Below, in pieces: positions 1 through 7,408 of a stretch of 64,000 nucleotides of DNA (its first letter is position 1; every line of letters begins with the position of its first letter). Position numbers and translations under genes: made by a program. Origin of the DNA: a virus. The notes beneath the pieces were generated by a model. That model was given only the letters and a program-made list of their open reading frames with translations, was not told the DNA's origin and did no database searches. The stretch covers positions 1 to 64,000 of the IMG/VR virus record IMGVR_UViG_3300036768_001490. One strand, given 5' to 3'.

Positions 1-122
1 TCGTCGTAGTCGTAGTCGTCGTAATCTTCGTCCTCGTCGTAGTCGTCGTAGTCGTCGTAATCGTCGTCCTCGTCGTAATCTTCGTCCTCGTTCTCGTCGT
101 AGTCCTCTTCCTTCTCGTCGTC
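1..122 (-). repeat. Coding low-complexity trinucleotide repeat (GAC/TAC/GAG/GAA)
   Basis: Plus strand reads (tcg/tag/gtc)n; encodes a D/Y/E tract. Confidence 0.85.
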
Positions 123-212
123 ACGGCGCACGTTGGCGAAGAGGCATGTCTCCATCCTGTCCGTCTGCTCCGGCAGGCGGTAGGTGACGTTGCGGTTCCT
201 GGTCATGAGCAT
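1..212 (-). CDS. Hypothetical protein with Asp/Glu/Tyr-rich acidic tract (3' end outside window)
   Basis: Hand translation from ATG at 212 (RBS AAAGGA): MLMTRNRNVTYRLPEQTDRMETCLFANVRRDDEKEEDYDENEDEDYDEDDDYDDYDDYDEDEDYDDYDYD... open to position 1. Confidence 0.7.
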   Translation of the reverse strand, partial: MLMTRNRNVTYRLPEQTDRMETCLFANVRRDDEKEEDYDENEDEDYDEDDDYDDYDDYDEDEDYDDYDYD

Positions 213-231
213 GTTATCCTTTGTCACAGGG

Positions 232-1008
232 TCATTCTGGTCCTTTGTCCTTTTTTTCTTCCTTCGCTTCCGGCGCCGGCTGCGTGCCGTCCTGCTGGCG
301 CAGCACGTTACCGAGCCGTTTTTCCACGTCGGTGGTGTTGCCGTGCTGGAGCGGCAGGGCCTTGAGCTGACCCATGAGTTCCACCAGGTTGTCCCGGATG
401 ACTTCTTCGACCTCTCTGGCCTTGTCCTGCTGGACCTTGCGGACCGTGTGGAACAGTTCCTGGTCGCTGGACCAGTCATGGTTGACTTGGTGGCTGAAGT
501 CCGCGTCCAGGGCCAGTCGCAGGATGTCGGGCGGGCGCACGAACCCTTCTTCCTTCAGGACGATGCCAAGGTAACGGCGCACGTCGTCCGTGAACGGCTC
601 CTGGTCGTCCTCGTCCGGTGGGTGGAGCAGGAGGGCCTCGGTGATGCCCCAGGCGCATTCCAGGCTGTCAGCCGGGTCGAACTCCTCCGGGTCGCACTCG
701 GAGCCGGACAGGACGTTGCACAGCTGCACGAAGCGCGTCACTTCCTTGAAGAACAGATCGGTCGTTACGATGGTGACGGCGGCGCACAGCTTGTCAAGGT
801 TGACCGGAGGCATCTGGGTATTCCAGGTGTCTTCCACCTCCAGCCGCAGAGTGGTCGGTGTCCAGTTCAGGCACTCGGTCCCCAGCTGGTCCAGGACTAG
901 TACCAGAAGGGTCGTGGCGTAGCTGCTGTCGTCGGTCAGTATCCTCCTGGCTATGCTCCGCGACGGGTAGGGCAGGTTCCTGCCCCTGCTGGTCTCTTTT
1001 TCTTGCAT
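232..1008 (-). CDS. Hypothetical phage protein (258 aa, predicted helical)
   Basis: ATG with AAGGAGG RBS; globular composition; same strand as the operon. Confidence 0.8.
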   Translation of the reverse strand: MQEKETSRGRNLPYPSRSIARRILTDDSSYATTLLVLVLDQLGTECLNWTPTTLRLEVEDTWNTQMPPVNLDKLCAAVTIVTTDLFFKEVTRFVQLCNVLSGSECDPEEFDPADSLECAWGITEALLLHPPDEDDQEPFTDDVRRYLGIVLKEEGFVRPPDILRLALDADFSHQVNHDWSSDQELFHTVRKVQQDKAREVEEVIRDNLVELMGQLKALPLQHGNTTDVEKRLGNVLRQQDGTQPAPEAKEEKKDKGPE

Positions 1009-1510
1009 CCCTGCCTCCTTGTTGCTGGGGGAAGCGGCGTTCCAGCCACTCCTGTTTCTGGGCGAACAGGGCGAACACGTCCAAGGCGATATGGGTCACG
1101 GCGGGACGTGGCAGCTGGTCCACGTCCTCGTCCTGCACCAGGTCGTACCACTTCCTGGCTCCAGGCCAGACGGCGAAGCGGCGGTCGCTGATGTTGACCG
1201 TGAAGATGGGCACATGGTCGTGGCTCCTGGAGCCTCGGAAGTTCTGTTCCAGCCAGCTGGAGAACGTGCCCAGGTCGCTGTCGATCCTGGCCAGCAGCCT
1301 CTCCCGCTTCGCCTCGGTTACGAATCTGAGGTGAACGAGCCACTCATAGAGGTACAGGCGCAGCTGCTGGTGGACCGTCAGCTTGCCTGCACGCTGCTCC
1401 GCCGTGCGCAGGCCCAGCACGGTGCGTATCAGGTACGCGAACTGGGCAGGTGTCAGGATCGGCATGACCGCGCGTGCCTGCACCAGCGTCGGCTCGATCA
1501 CCTGTTCCAT
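794..1510 (-). CDS. Hypothetical protein; its 3' end overlaps the next gene by 215 nt
   Basis: First ~165 aa look like real protein (start may be MPILTP at 1465); the last ~70 aa look like out-of-frame read-through over 232..1008. Confidence 0.6.
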   Translation of the reverse strand: MEQVIEPTLVQARAVMPILTPAQFAYLIRTVLGLRTAEQRAGKLTVHQQLRLYLYEWLVHLRFVTEAKRERLLARIDSDLGTFSSWLEQNFRGSRSHDHVPIFTVNISDRRFAVWPGARKWYDLVQDEDVDQLPRPAVTHIALDVFALFAQKQEWLERRFPQQQGGRDARKRDQQGQEPALPVAEHSQEDTDRRQQLRHDPSGTSPGPAGDRVPELDTDHSAAGGGRHLEYPDASGQP

Positions 1511-1544
1511 CCCGGTGTCCTGTGCGGCTGCAACCCTCGGGGTG

Positions 1545-1775
1545 TCATTCCTGGCTCTTCTCCTCTGCGGCAGAGGGCTGCTGAGCCAGAACCCTCAATC
1601 GCTCCTCTTCCTTGGCTTGGCGGAACGCTTCACGGGCTTCAGCCCGGGTCCAGTGTCCGCTTGTTCCGCTGGCGGAGACACACAGCCATTTGTGCTGATA
1701 CCCTACCGGCGAGCGGTAGACTCCAGGCTTCCATCCGAACCTACGTAAATCCGGATAGCCATAGCCACCACCCAT
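1545..1775 (-). CDS. Small hypothetical protein (76 aa)
   Basis: Strong RBS AAAGGAGG before ATG 1775; fills the gap between two genes. Confidence 0.55.
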   Translation of the reverse strand: MGGGYGYPDLRRFGWKPGVYRSPVGYQHKWLCVSASGTSGHWTRAEAREAFRQAKEEERLRVLAQQPSAAEEKSQE

Positions 1776-1809
1776 TTGGTCCCCTCCTTTCGATCATACA
1801 TTTGTGTGG

Positions 1810-1850
1810 TTAGCGACAGAAGATGTAGGAGCTTCTGCCGCTAATTTTTT
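1810..1850 (+). terminator. Hairpin plus T6 tract, oriented as a plus-strand (antisense) intrinsic terminator
   Basis: TTAGCGACAGAAG (1810-1822) / CTTCTGCCGCTAA (1832-1844), 13-bp stem with one mismatch, followed by TTTTTT (1845-1850). Confidence 0.5.
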
Positions 1851-1897
1851 CTGCTGTCTTCCAGAAGAGCACGGGCATGCCTTCTGTCTTGTGGCGG

Positions 1898-2965
1898 CTA
1901 ATAACTGCCGATCTTCTTCATGGCCTCGACGGCGGCCTGTCGTACTCTTTCGTTTTGGTCCAGCCGATACCTGTTCAAGGCGGGCACCGCGTCCTTGCCG
2001 TCCGGGCCGAACTTGCCGATGGCCTTGCACACCTGCTCTCGGATCATCTGGTTTTCGAGTGCCTTGATGAGAACGGGCAACAGGGCCTTACGCTTAGAGG
2101 GAAACTCCTCTGCGATCTCTCCAAGGACCTCGGTTGCTGCAGCCATCCTGGCCACGGAGAGGTAATCTAAACTCTGATTCGGGTCAGACGCGAGCAACTT
2201 GACCATCATGGCAACCGTTTCGTCGTCGTCTGGTGAAATGGCACCAAGGGCCTTGACAAAGACCACCACGCTGACGGTCGTCTCGCCAACCAGGCAGCGT
2301 TGCAGCACCACTCGCAGAAGCGGGGCGAGTGATCGAGCACTTCTCCTCATCTTTCCGACTTTGTCAACCAACTCAAACAATTCACTTGGATGGTCGATTG
2401 CCAGGCTGATCGCGTACTTGTACAGGTCTGGGCGAACCTGCTCCAATGCCTCGGCGGCCGCCTGCAAGACCTCCTTGTTATTACTCGTCATCGCCTCGCA
2501 CAGGGCATAGGCAGACTCCTCTTCCTTGAACTTTGCCAATTCCTTGGCGGCGGCGATCTTCTCGGCGTCCGTACCTTCGCGCAGCTTTTTGCGCGCAAGT
2601 TCCGAGGCGGGAACTAGCTTGGCCGGCTCCTTGGGCTCGGGAGATGGGTCCGCTCCATTCCTCGACCCCGAATCGGTGTTCGTGAGAGGTTTCTTTGTCG
2701 TCGAGGGCCACTTTGCTGATTGCCCACCGAGCTTAATAAAAACGGCTGCTGTACCTACTCCAACGCACAGCCCGAGCACTACGCCGAGCAGCAGGGCGGG
2801 AATGCGGCTCTTGCTACGGGCAGTTGCCGGCGGCACCGTTGACTTCGACGGCCTCGGCACCACGATGGTCCTTTTGCAGTACGGGCATTTGCCTTGCCTG
2901 CCGGCGGCGGCAGCGTTGATACTCAGACGAGCTTTGCACGTCGGACAGCTGAAGGTGATGGTCAT
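1898..2965 (-). CDS. Zn-ribbon + single TM helix + HEAT/PBS-lyase-repeat protein (host-like, planctomycete-type architecture)
   Basis: MTITFSCPTCK...GKCPYCK (two CxxC), hydrophobic helix IPALLLGVVLGLCVGVGTAAVFI, HEAT-like helices (AAAEALEQV, AVPALNRYRLDQNERVRQAAVEAMKKI); lower GC than the flanks (sampled lines 42-60%). Confidence 0.8.
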   Translation of the reverse strand: MTITFSCPTCKARLSINAAAAGRQGKCPYCKRTIVVPRPSKSTVPPATARSKSRIPALLLGVVLGLCVGVGTAAVFIKLGGQSAKWPSTTKKPLTNTDSGSRNGADPSPEPKEPAKLVPASELARKKLREGTDAEKIAAAKELAKFKEEESAYALCEAMTSNNKEVLQAAAEALEQVRPDLYKYAISLAIDHPSELFELVDKVGKMRRSARSLAPLLRVVLQRCLVGETTVSVVVFVKALGAISPDDDETVAMMVKLLASDPNQSLDYLSVARMAAATEVLGEIAEEFPSKRKALLPVLIKALENQMIREQVCKAIGKFGPDGKDAVPALNRYRLDQNERVRQAAVEAMKKIGSY

Positions 2966-2991
2966 GGTGTGAACTCCGTAAATGGGTGACG

Positions 2992-3477
2992 TCAACCTGA
3001 CGCACGCGCGTCAATCAGGTTTCCAGAGCGGCCGTCAGTCAGTTGCTCTCGACTTTGGCGCACAAGGACAAAGAATCTGGCTGCCCAGAAGGGGATGGGG
3101 TTGCGGTCCAGTTCTTCGGCCAGCTGGAGGTCGTGCTGCTCCCACCACTTCATGGCAGCGTCGGCCTCAGCGAAGAACGGTCGGCCGAATGGGGTCAGCT
3201 CCAGCTCTCTTCGTACTTGCTCGAACAGGACGGGATCCTGCAGGCAGCGCCACAGGTTGGTGAGCTGAAGGTCAATGTCATTGACTACTTCGCTCACCCC
3301 CTGGTAATTCCAGCTCCACAGTTCGCTGAGGGCACCGCCGTAGGGGATGCCTCGAAAGGTGTGTTGAGGAGCAAGTCGGTGGATATGGGGTGCCAGATAG
3401 GTCTTGCCACCAAACCACTTCAACGGAGGTTTCGGGAAGACCTCTCGGTTTGACGATGTCAGGGCGGGTTCAGACAT
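2992..3477 (-). pseudogene. dam: Truncated D12-class N6-adenine DNA methyltransferase (N-terminal half only)
   Basis: PLKWFGGKTYLA, motif-I-like PYGG, EVVNDID...NLWRCLQD, FFVLVRQS; then about 19 unrelated codons and a stop; no DPPY catalytic motif. Confidence 0.75.
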
Positions 3478-3538
3478 CGAAGACTAGCTCTGCTCAATCC
3501 GATGGTCCTTTTGCTGGTGTCTCGGCTCCCATGCGCCC

Positions 3539-3877
3539 CTACATCAGGCTGGCGCAGACTGGGACGTCGATCCGGTAGCGCTTGGGCTGCATGCGGGGGT
3601 GTCCCGCTGGCAGGGGCTGCCCCTGTTCGTCGTGGATATTCTCGAACGACATCCCCTCGGAGTTGACCGGGTAAGGTCCGATGACGTTGCCGTTGATCCG
3701 TGGCGGCACCACGCCCGCGGACTGGGCGTAAACGATGGCCAGGCGGCGGGCTTCGGCGGAATCCAGCTCCGTGAAGGCGGCGGTGAACGGCGGACCGGAG
3801 CAATCTGACTCGATGACGACCACGCCTTTGGAACGGTCGGGTGCAAACTGGCAGGCACTTTCCACGACGAGCAGCAT
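3539..3877 (-). CDS. Hypothetical protein (112 aa)
   Basis: GAGGAGG RBS, ATG, normal composition. Confidence 0.75.
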   Translation of the reverse strand: MLLVVESACQFAPDRSKGVVVIESDCSGPPFTAAFTELDSAEARRLAIVYAQSAGVVPPRINGNVIGPYPVNSEGMSFENIHDEQGQPLPAGHPRMQPKRYRIDVPVCASLM

Positions 3878-3902
3878 GATGGGATTCCTCCTCGATAGGT
3901 AA

Positions 3903-4030
3903 GGAAAAGCGAATATCTAAGTTTTCCGCCCTGGTAGTTTACCAGGGATATAGCCGCGGGACCACATGTGTTAATTCTATCCCCTTCGCTTCTGCGAAGA
4001 GGATGAACAACACATGCGGTCCCGCGGCTA
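3903..4030 (-). ncRNA. Structured RNA element: 80-nt rod-like hairpin plus two short hairpins in the leader of 3539..3877
   Basis: 3951-4030: about 37 bp with three G-U wobbles on the minus strand (A-C mismatches on plus), two 1-nt bulges and an AGAA loop; 3929-3947 CCCTGGTA/TACCAGGG; 3903-3927 GGAAAA/TTTTCC. Confidence 0.6.
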
Positions 4031-4074
4031 GCGGGCCACACGTTCCTGGCCAACGGCTATGTGCCGTGGGCAAA

Positions 4075-4091
4075 TTATTTGACGCAAATAA
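4075..4091. promoter_or_regulatory. AT-rich dyad TTATTTG-N3-CAAATAA, operator-like
   Basis: Perfect 7-bp inverted repeat in an AT-rich intergenic gap, upstream (minus sense) of the long hairpin. Confidence 0.4.
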
Positions 4092-4155
4092 GGCAGAAAT
4101 TTAGGTACCCGTCCTGGGGGTGACGTCTGGGATGGGGTGCTGGGTGCGTGGCCTG

Positions 4156-4479
4156 TCAGAAGGTGAGCTGGACGATCTTGCCGCTGTTGTTGCGGAACGT
4201 GACCCGTGCCTGCTCCGCGTGCAGCAGCTCCTTCAACCGGCGTTTGCGGTCGCTGGCCATGCCGGCGATGGTCTGCTTGGCGGAAGCGAAGATGTTGGCC
4301 TTTTCCTGGGCTGCGCGGCCGCAGGAACCGCAGCCTCCCTGTCGGCTGCCTCCGCCGCGCACCACTCGTCCGAGGGGGGCCAGGAAGGGGAACTCCTTCA
4401 CGATTGCGTCGTTCAGAGCCATGCTGGCCAGGGTGCTGTCCTCCAGTACGACCAGCTTGCGTCGTGCGTTCTCTGCCAT
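4156..4479 (-). CDS. Hypothetical protein (107 aa) with GCGSCG motif
   Basis: Start MAENARR at 4479 avoids overlap with the upstream gene; contains CxxC. Confidence 0.7.
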   Translation of the reverse strand: MAENARRKLVVLEDSTLASMALNDAIVKEFPFLAPLGRVVRGGGSRQGGCGSCGRAAQEKANIFASAKQTIAGMASDRKRRLKELLHAEQARVTFRNNSGKIVQLTF

Positions 4480-4490
4480 CTCGGTGCTCC

Positions 4491-4949
4491 CTATGTGCTG
4501 AGGCTTCCGGATGAGCCGCCTTCCGGCTCCGCTGGCGGCGGCGCTCCGACCCATACCTCCTCGGTTGGGACCAGCTGTTCCATGCGGTCCAGGGCCAGCA
4601 ACAGGTGGTTGACCTCCTCTTGGATCAGGAGCCAGACCTTGCGTGCCTGCTCGACCTGGCGCAGGTCGATCTCAAAGGCTGCGGACCGGAAGATGGGGAA
4701 GGCCGTGCTGTGGTCCGGCGCGTGGGCCGGGTACTCGCTCATGTCCGCGGGGCTGGCCACGCCCAGAAACTCGTCCACGACTTCGTGCGTGTGTGGGTTG
4801 AGAGGATGGCGCAAAAAGAGGAAGACGTTCGGGTCGGTGCCCGTGTGCAAGGGGTCACTGGCCTCCACGCGCAGGCGGTAGGCTCCTAGCCAGAGGTAGT
4901 TGACGTTGGTGATCTCGAACTTTTTGAGCAGGAGCCGGCGTCGTGCCAT
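4491..4949 (-). CDS. Hypothetical protein (152 aa), possibly tail-associated
   Basis: Packed in the operon; beta-rich N-terminal half. Confidence 0.75.
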   Translation of the reverse strand: MARRRLLLKKFEITNVNYLWLGAYRLRVEASDPLHTGTDPNVFLFLRHPLNPHTHEVVDEFLGVASPADMSEYPAHAPDHSTAFPIFRSAAFEIDLRQVEQARKVWLLIQEEVNHLLLALDRMEQLVPTEEVWVGAPPPAEPEGGSSGSLST

Positions 4950-4963
4950 CCCTGGTCTCCGGC

Positions 4964-5332
4964 CTACAGACTGAGTGAAAGGATCTTGCCGTCCTCGGAC
5001 CTATAGTACAGCACGAGCGGGCGCGGGCGGTAGCCACGTTTGGCAGCGACCAGGTTGGCCAGGGGCTCCAGGTTGCCGCCGCTGGCCTGGAAGGAGGCTA
5101 GACGGCGGCCCAGCTCGCTCAGGACGGGCGACATGGTATGGCTGACGGAGCCGCAGCGGTAGCAGGCGCTGGCAGGGGCGCGCACGGTTTGGTTGACCAC
5201 AGCCATGTAGGCGTCCCGGCACGACTGCTCCCAATCGGAGAAGCCGGCGGGCAGGGTGGAGAAGAATGCTGGGTCTGCGGCCAGCTGGAACAGAGCAATG
5301 GCGTCAAGGACCAGGGGAGGTCCGTCCTTCAT
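4964..5332 (-). CDS. Hypothetical protein (122 aa) with CYRC motif
   Basis: ATGA coupling to the glycosyltransferase stop at 5329-5332. Confidence 0.72.
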   Translation of the reverse strand: MKDGPPLVLDAIALFQLAADPAFFSTLPAGFSDWEQSCRDAYMAVVNQTVRAPASACYRCGSVSHTMSPVLSELGRRLASFQASGGNLEPLANLVAAKRGYRPRPLVLYYRSEDGKILSLSL

Positions 5333-7365
5333 GGTATCTCCCCCCAGGGGAACTTCTTGCCGGGGCCCACCTGGGAAGTGCCGCGCGGCGGCGCGTCGGA
5401 CCAGGCGACCGGCCACTTCTTGCTGCTGAAGTCCGCCAGCTTGAAGCCAGCCTGGTGGACCTGGGCGCCGATGCAGATGTCGCCTCCGTTGTGGACCAGG
5501 CGCTGGTCGGGGATGTGAGCGGCGCGGATGGCCTCGGTGGCCAGGGCCCAGAAGCTGCCCGTGGCGAACACGATCTGGCTGCCGTTGGGCGCCAGGCGCG
5601 TCCCCCGCTCCATGTGGAGCCAGCGTTGTCGCCACCAGGGAGCCTGCTGGAACCACTTCTCGGGATGGTAGCCGCGTTTCCGGAAGTACATCAGGTCGTG
5701 GACGTAGCGTGGCCCGTACAGCCGGCAGCCGTGTGGGTGGCCCTGGACGATGCGCTCGGCCAGCAGGTCGAGCCAGTCGCTGGACACGACATGGCTGTCG
5801 TCGTCGAACCAGATGACGTAGGAGGTGGTGATGGGACAGGTATCGTCCCAGAACATTTCGCGCATGGCCGGGTACTTCTTGCGCGCCTGGGGGTCATTGG
5901 GGTCGGACCAGTCCGGGTAGATCCTGGTGATGGTGGCCGGGGTGAAGCCGTTCAGGTAGTCCCAGGTGCGCCGGCTGACCTGGTTGGCTGCCACGCGAAT
6001 GTCCAGTCTGCCTGGCGGCGTGTGGTCCAGGATGGAACCGAGGCAGCGCTGGGCCAGCGCCGGGTAGTCGCCGTACAGCAGGATGCAGACGGTGAACTTG
6101 CCGCCGATGAATGGGTGGTCTAGCAGGGAAGTCTTGCCCGGAGGACGGGGCGGCGGCTGCTGGAACTCCTTCGGCAGGGGCGGCGACCAGGCGGCGGGTG
6201 CTGGCTGACGTGGCGTCTCTTCCGCCGAACGGTCGGTCGCTGGTGCCGGCGCGGCGGCGCTGCCGTCTCCCTCCCCCTGGCGTGCGGTCGGCGACGGGTC
6301 CGGCGTCGGTGGCGCATCGGTGACGCGGCGGTAGGTGCCCCGCGGCGGCGCGATGGGGGGCAGGATGCCTTTTTCGTAGTAGTTCATGACGGCCTCGACC
6401 ACATGGTCCACGGTAATCATGGCCAGGCATTCCGGCACGGACTGGGGCAGGTCGCGCACGGGCCTGCGGCACAGGGAGTTCATCTTGCGGGCGTTGCTGT
6501 AGTCGGCCTGCTCGATGGGCACGACCCGGTCTTTCCAGCACCCCCGGGTCAAGTTGCCGACGCCGCAGTCGAGCAGGCCGAGCGTGTGCAGGAAGGTGTG
6601 CTCTACCTTGACGGGGGCGCACTGGTCGCCGAAGGCGGTGGGGTAGTAGCAGTTGGTGTAGGCTTCCCACCAGGGTTCTTCCCGCCCTCCCGCCACGACC
6701 ACGCACGGCTTGTCGAACACGGCTGCGATATGCATGGCGGCGGTGACGCCGCAGAGGACGCCGTCCGCGTGGTAGATGAGGCGGAAGAAGTCGCGCTCGT
6801 TGTTGGTCTTGCCGACCATGCTGGTACAGTTGTGCAGCCGCGGGTGGAAGTGCCGGTGGAAGTCGCCGCCGGCCTGGACGCAGCGGATGCCCTGGTCCGC
6901 CAGCGTGTCGATGACTTCCTGCCAGCGCTGGGCATACCAGACCTTGGCCGTCATGTCCATCTTGCCGCCGGCGACCACGACCCAGTAGCGGTGGTCAAGG
7001 ATGGGTTCCTTTTCTGCCGGACTGAGGTGGATGTCCCCTTTGGGCTCCGTGACGGGCACCTTGATGCCGACTTTGCGCTCGAAGTCCCGGTGGAACCAGC
7101 TGAGGAAGTGGACCTTGAGGCCGCTGCCGGCGGCGCGGATCCCGTCCAGGTACTCCAGGTTGACCAGCTGGCCGCTGGCGCCGTCCGGCAGGGGCTGGCA
7201 GTATGGATTGTTGCGCCAGAAGACGTTCCGGTAATGCCCCGAGCAGTAGACCTGGTACTTCCCCGGATAGGCCCGGGCGATGTCGCGTACCAGGGCAGAC
7301 AGGCAGACCGTGTCCCCCAGTGCCCAGCGGTTGTGCAGGATCAGGGTCGGCTTGCTCGGCGGCAT
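5329..7365 (-). CDS. Fused glycosyltransferase: GT9 (heptosyltransferase-like, GT-B) + Pro/Ala linker + GT2-like (GT-A)
   Basis: ALGDTVCLSALVRDIARAYP, AGGK...KVWYAQRWQEVI, VGKT..RDFFRLIYHADGVLCGVTAAMHIAAVFDKPCVVVAG (GT9); FTVCILLYG...RCLGSI...YVIWFDDD (GT-A DxD). Confidence 0.85.
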   Translation of the reverse strand: MPPSKPTLILHNRWALGDTVCLSALVRDIARAYPGKYQVYCSGHYRNVFWRNNPYCQPLPDGASGQLVNLEYLDGIRAAGSGLKVHFLSWFHRDFERKVGIKVPVTEPKGDIHLSPAEKEPILDHRYWVVVAGGKMDMTAKVWYAQRWQEVIDTLADQGIRCVQAGGDFHRHFHPRLHNCTSMVGKTNNERDFFRLIYHADGVLCGVTAAMHIAAVFDKPCVVVAGGREEPWWEAYTNCYYPTAFGDQCAPVKVEHTFLHTLGLLDCGVGNLTRGCWKDRVVPIEQADYSNARKMNSLCRRPVRDLPQSVPECLAMITVDHVVEAVMNYYEKGILPPIAPPRGTYRRVTDAPPTPDPSPTARQGEGDGSAAAPAPATDRSAEETPRQPAPAAWSPPLPKEFQQPPPRPPGKTSLLDHPFIGGKFTVCILLYGDYPALAQRCLGSILDHTPPGRLDIRVAANQVSRRTWDYLNGFTPATITRIYPDWSDPNDPQARKKYPAMREMFWDDTCPITTSYVIWFDDDSHVVSSDWLDLLAERIVQGHPHGCRLYGPRYVHDLMYFRKRGYHPEKWFQQAPWWRQRWLHMERGTRLAPNGSQIVFATGSFWALATEAIRAAHIPDQRLVHNGGDICIGAQVHQAGFKLADFSSKKWPVAWSDAPPRGTSQVGPGKKFPWGEIP

Positions 7366-7408
7366 CCGTGGTCCATCTCCCCGTCGGTGCTGCTGCCTGC
7401 CTGGCCGG

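Noticed and set aside
2992-3477. Functional Dam methyltransferase or a split gene
   Set aside because: No DPPY-containing half was found downstream in the minus-strand frames inspected.
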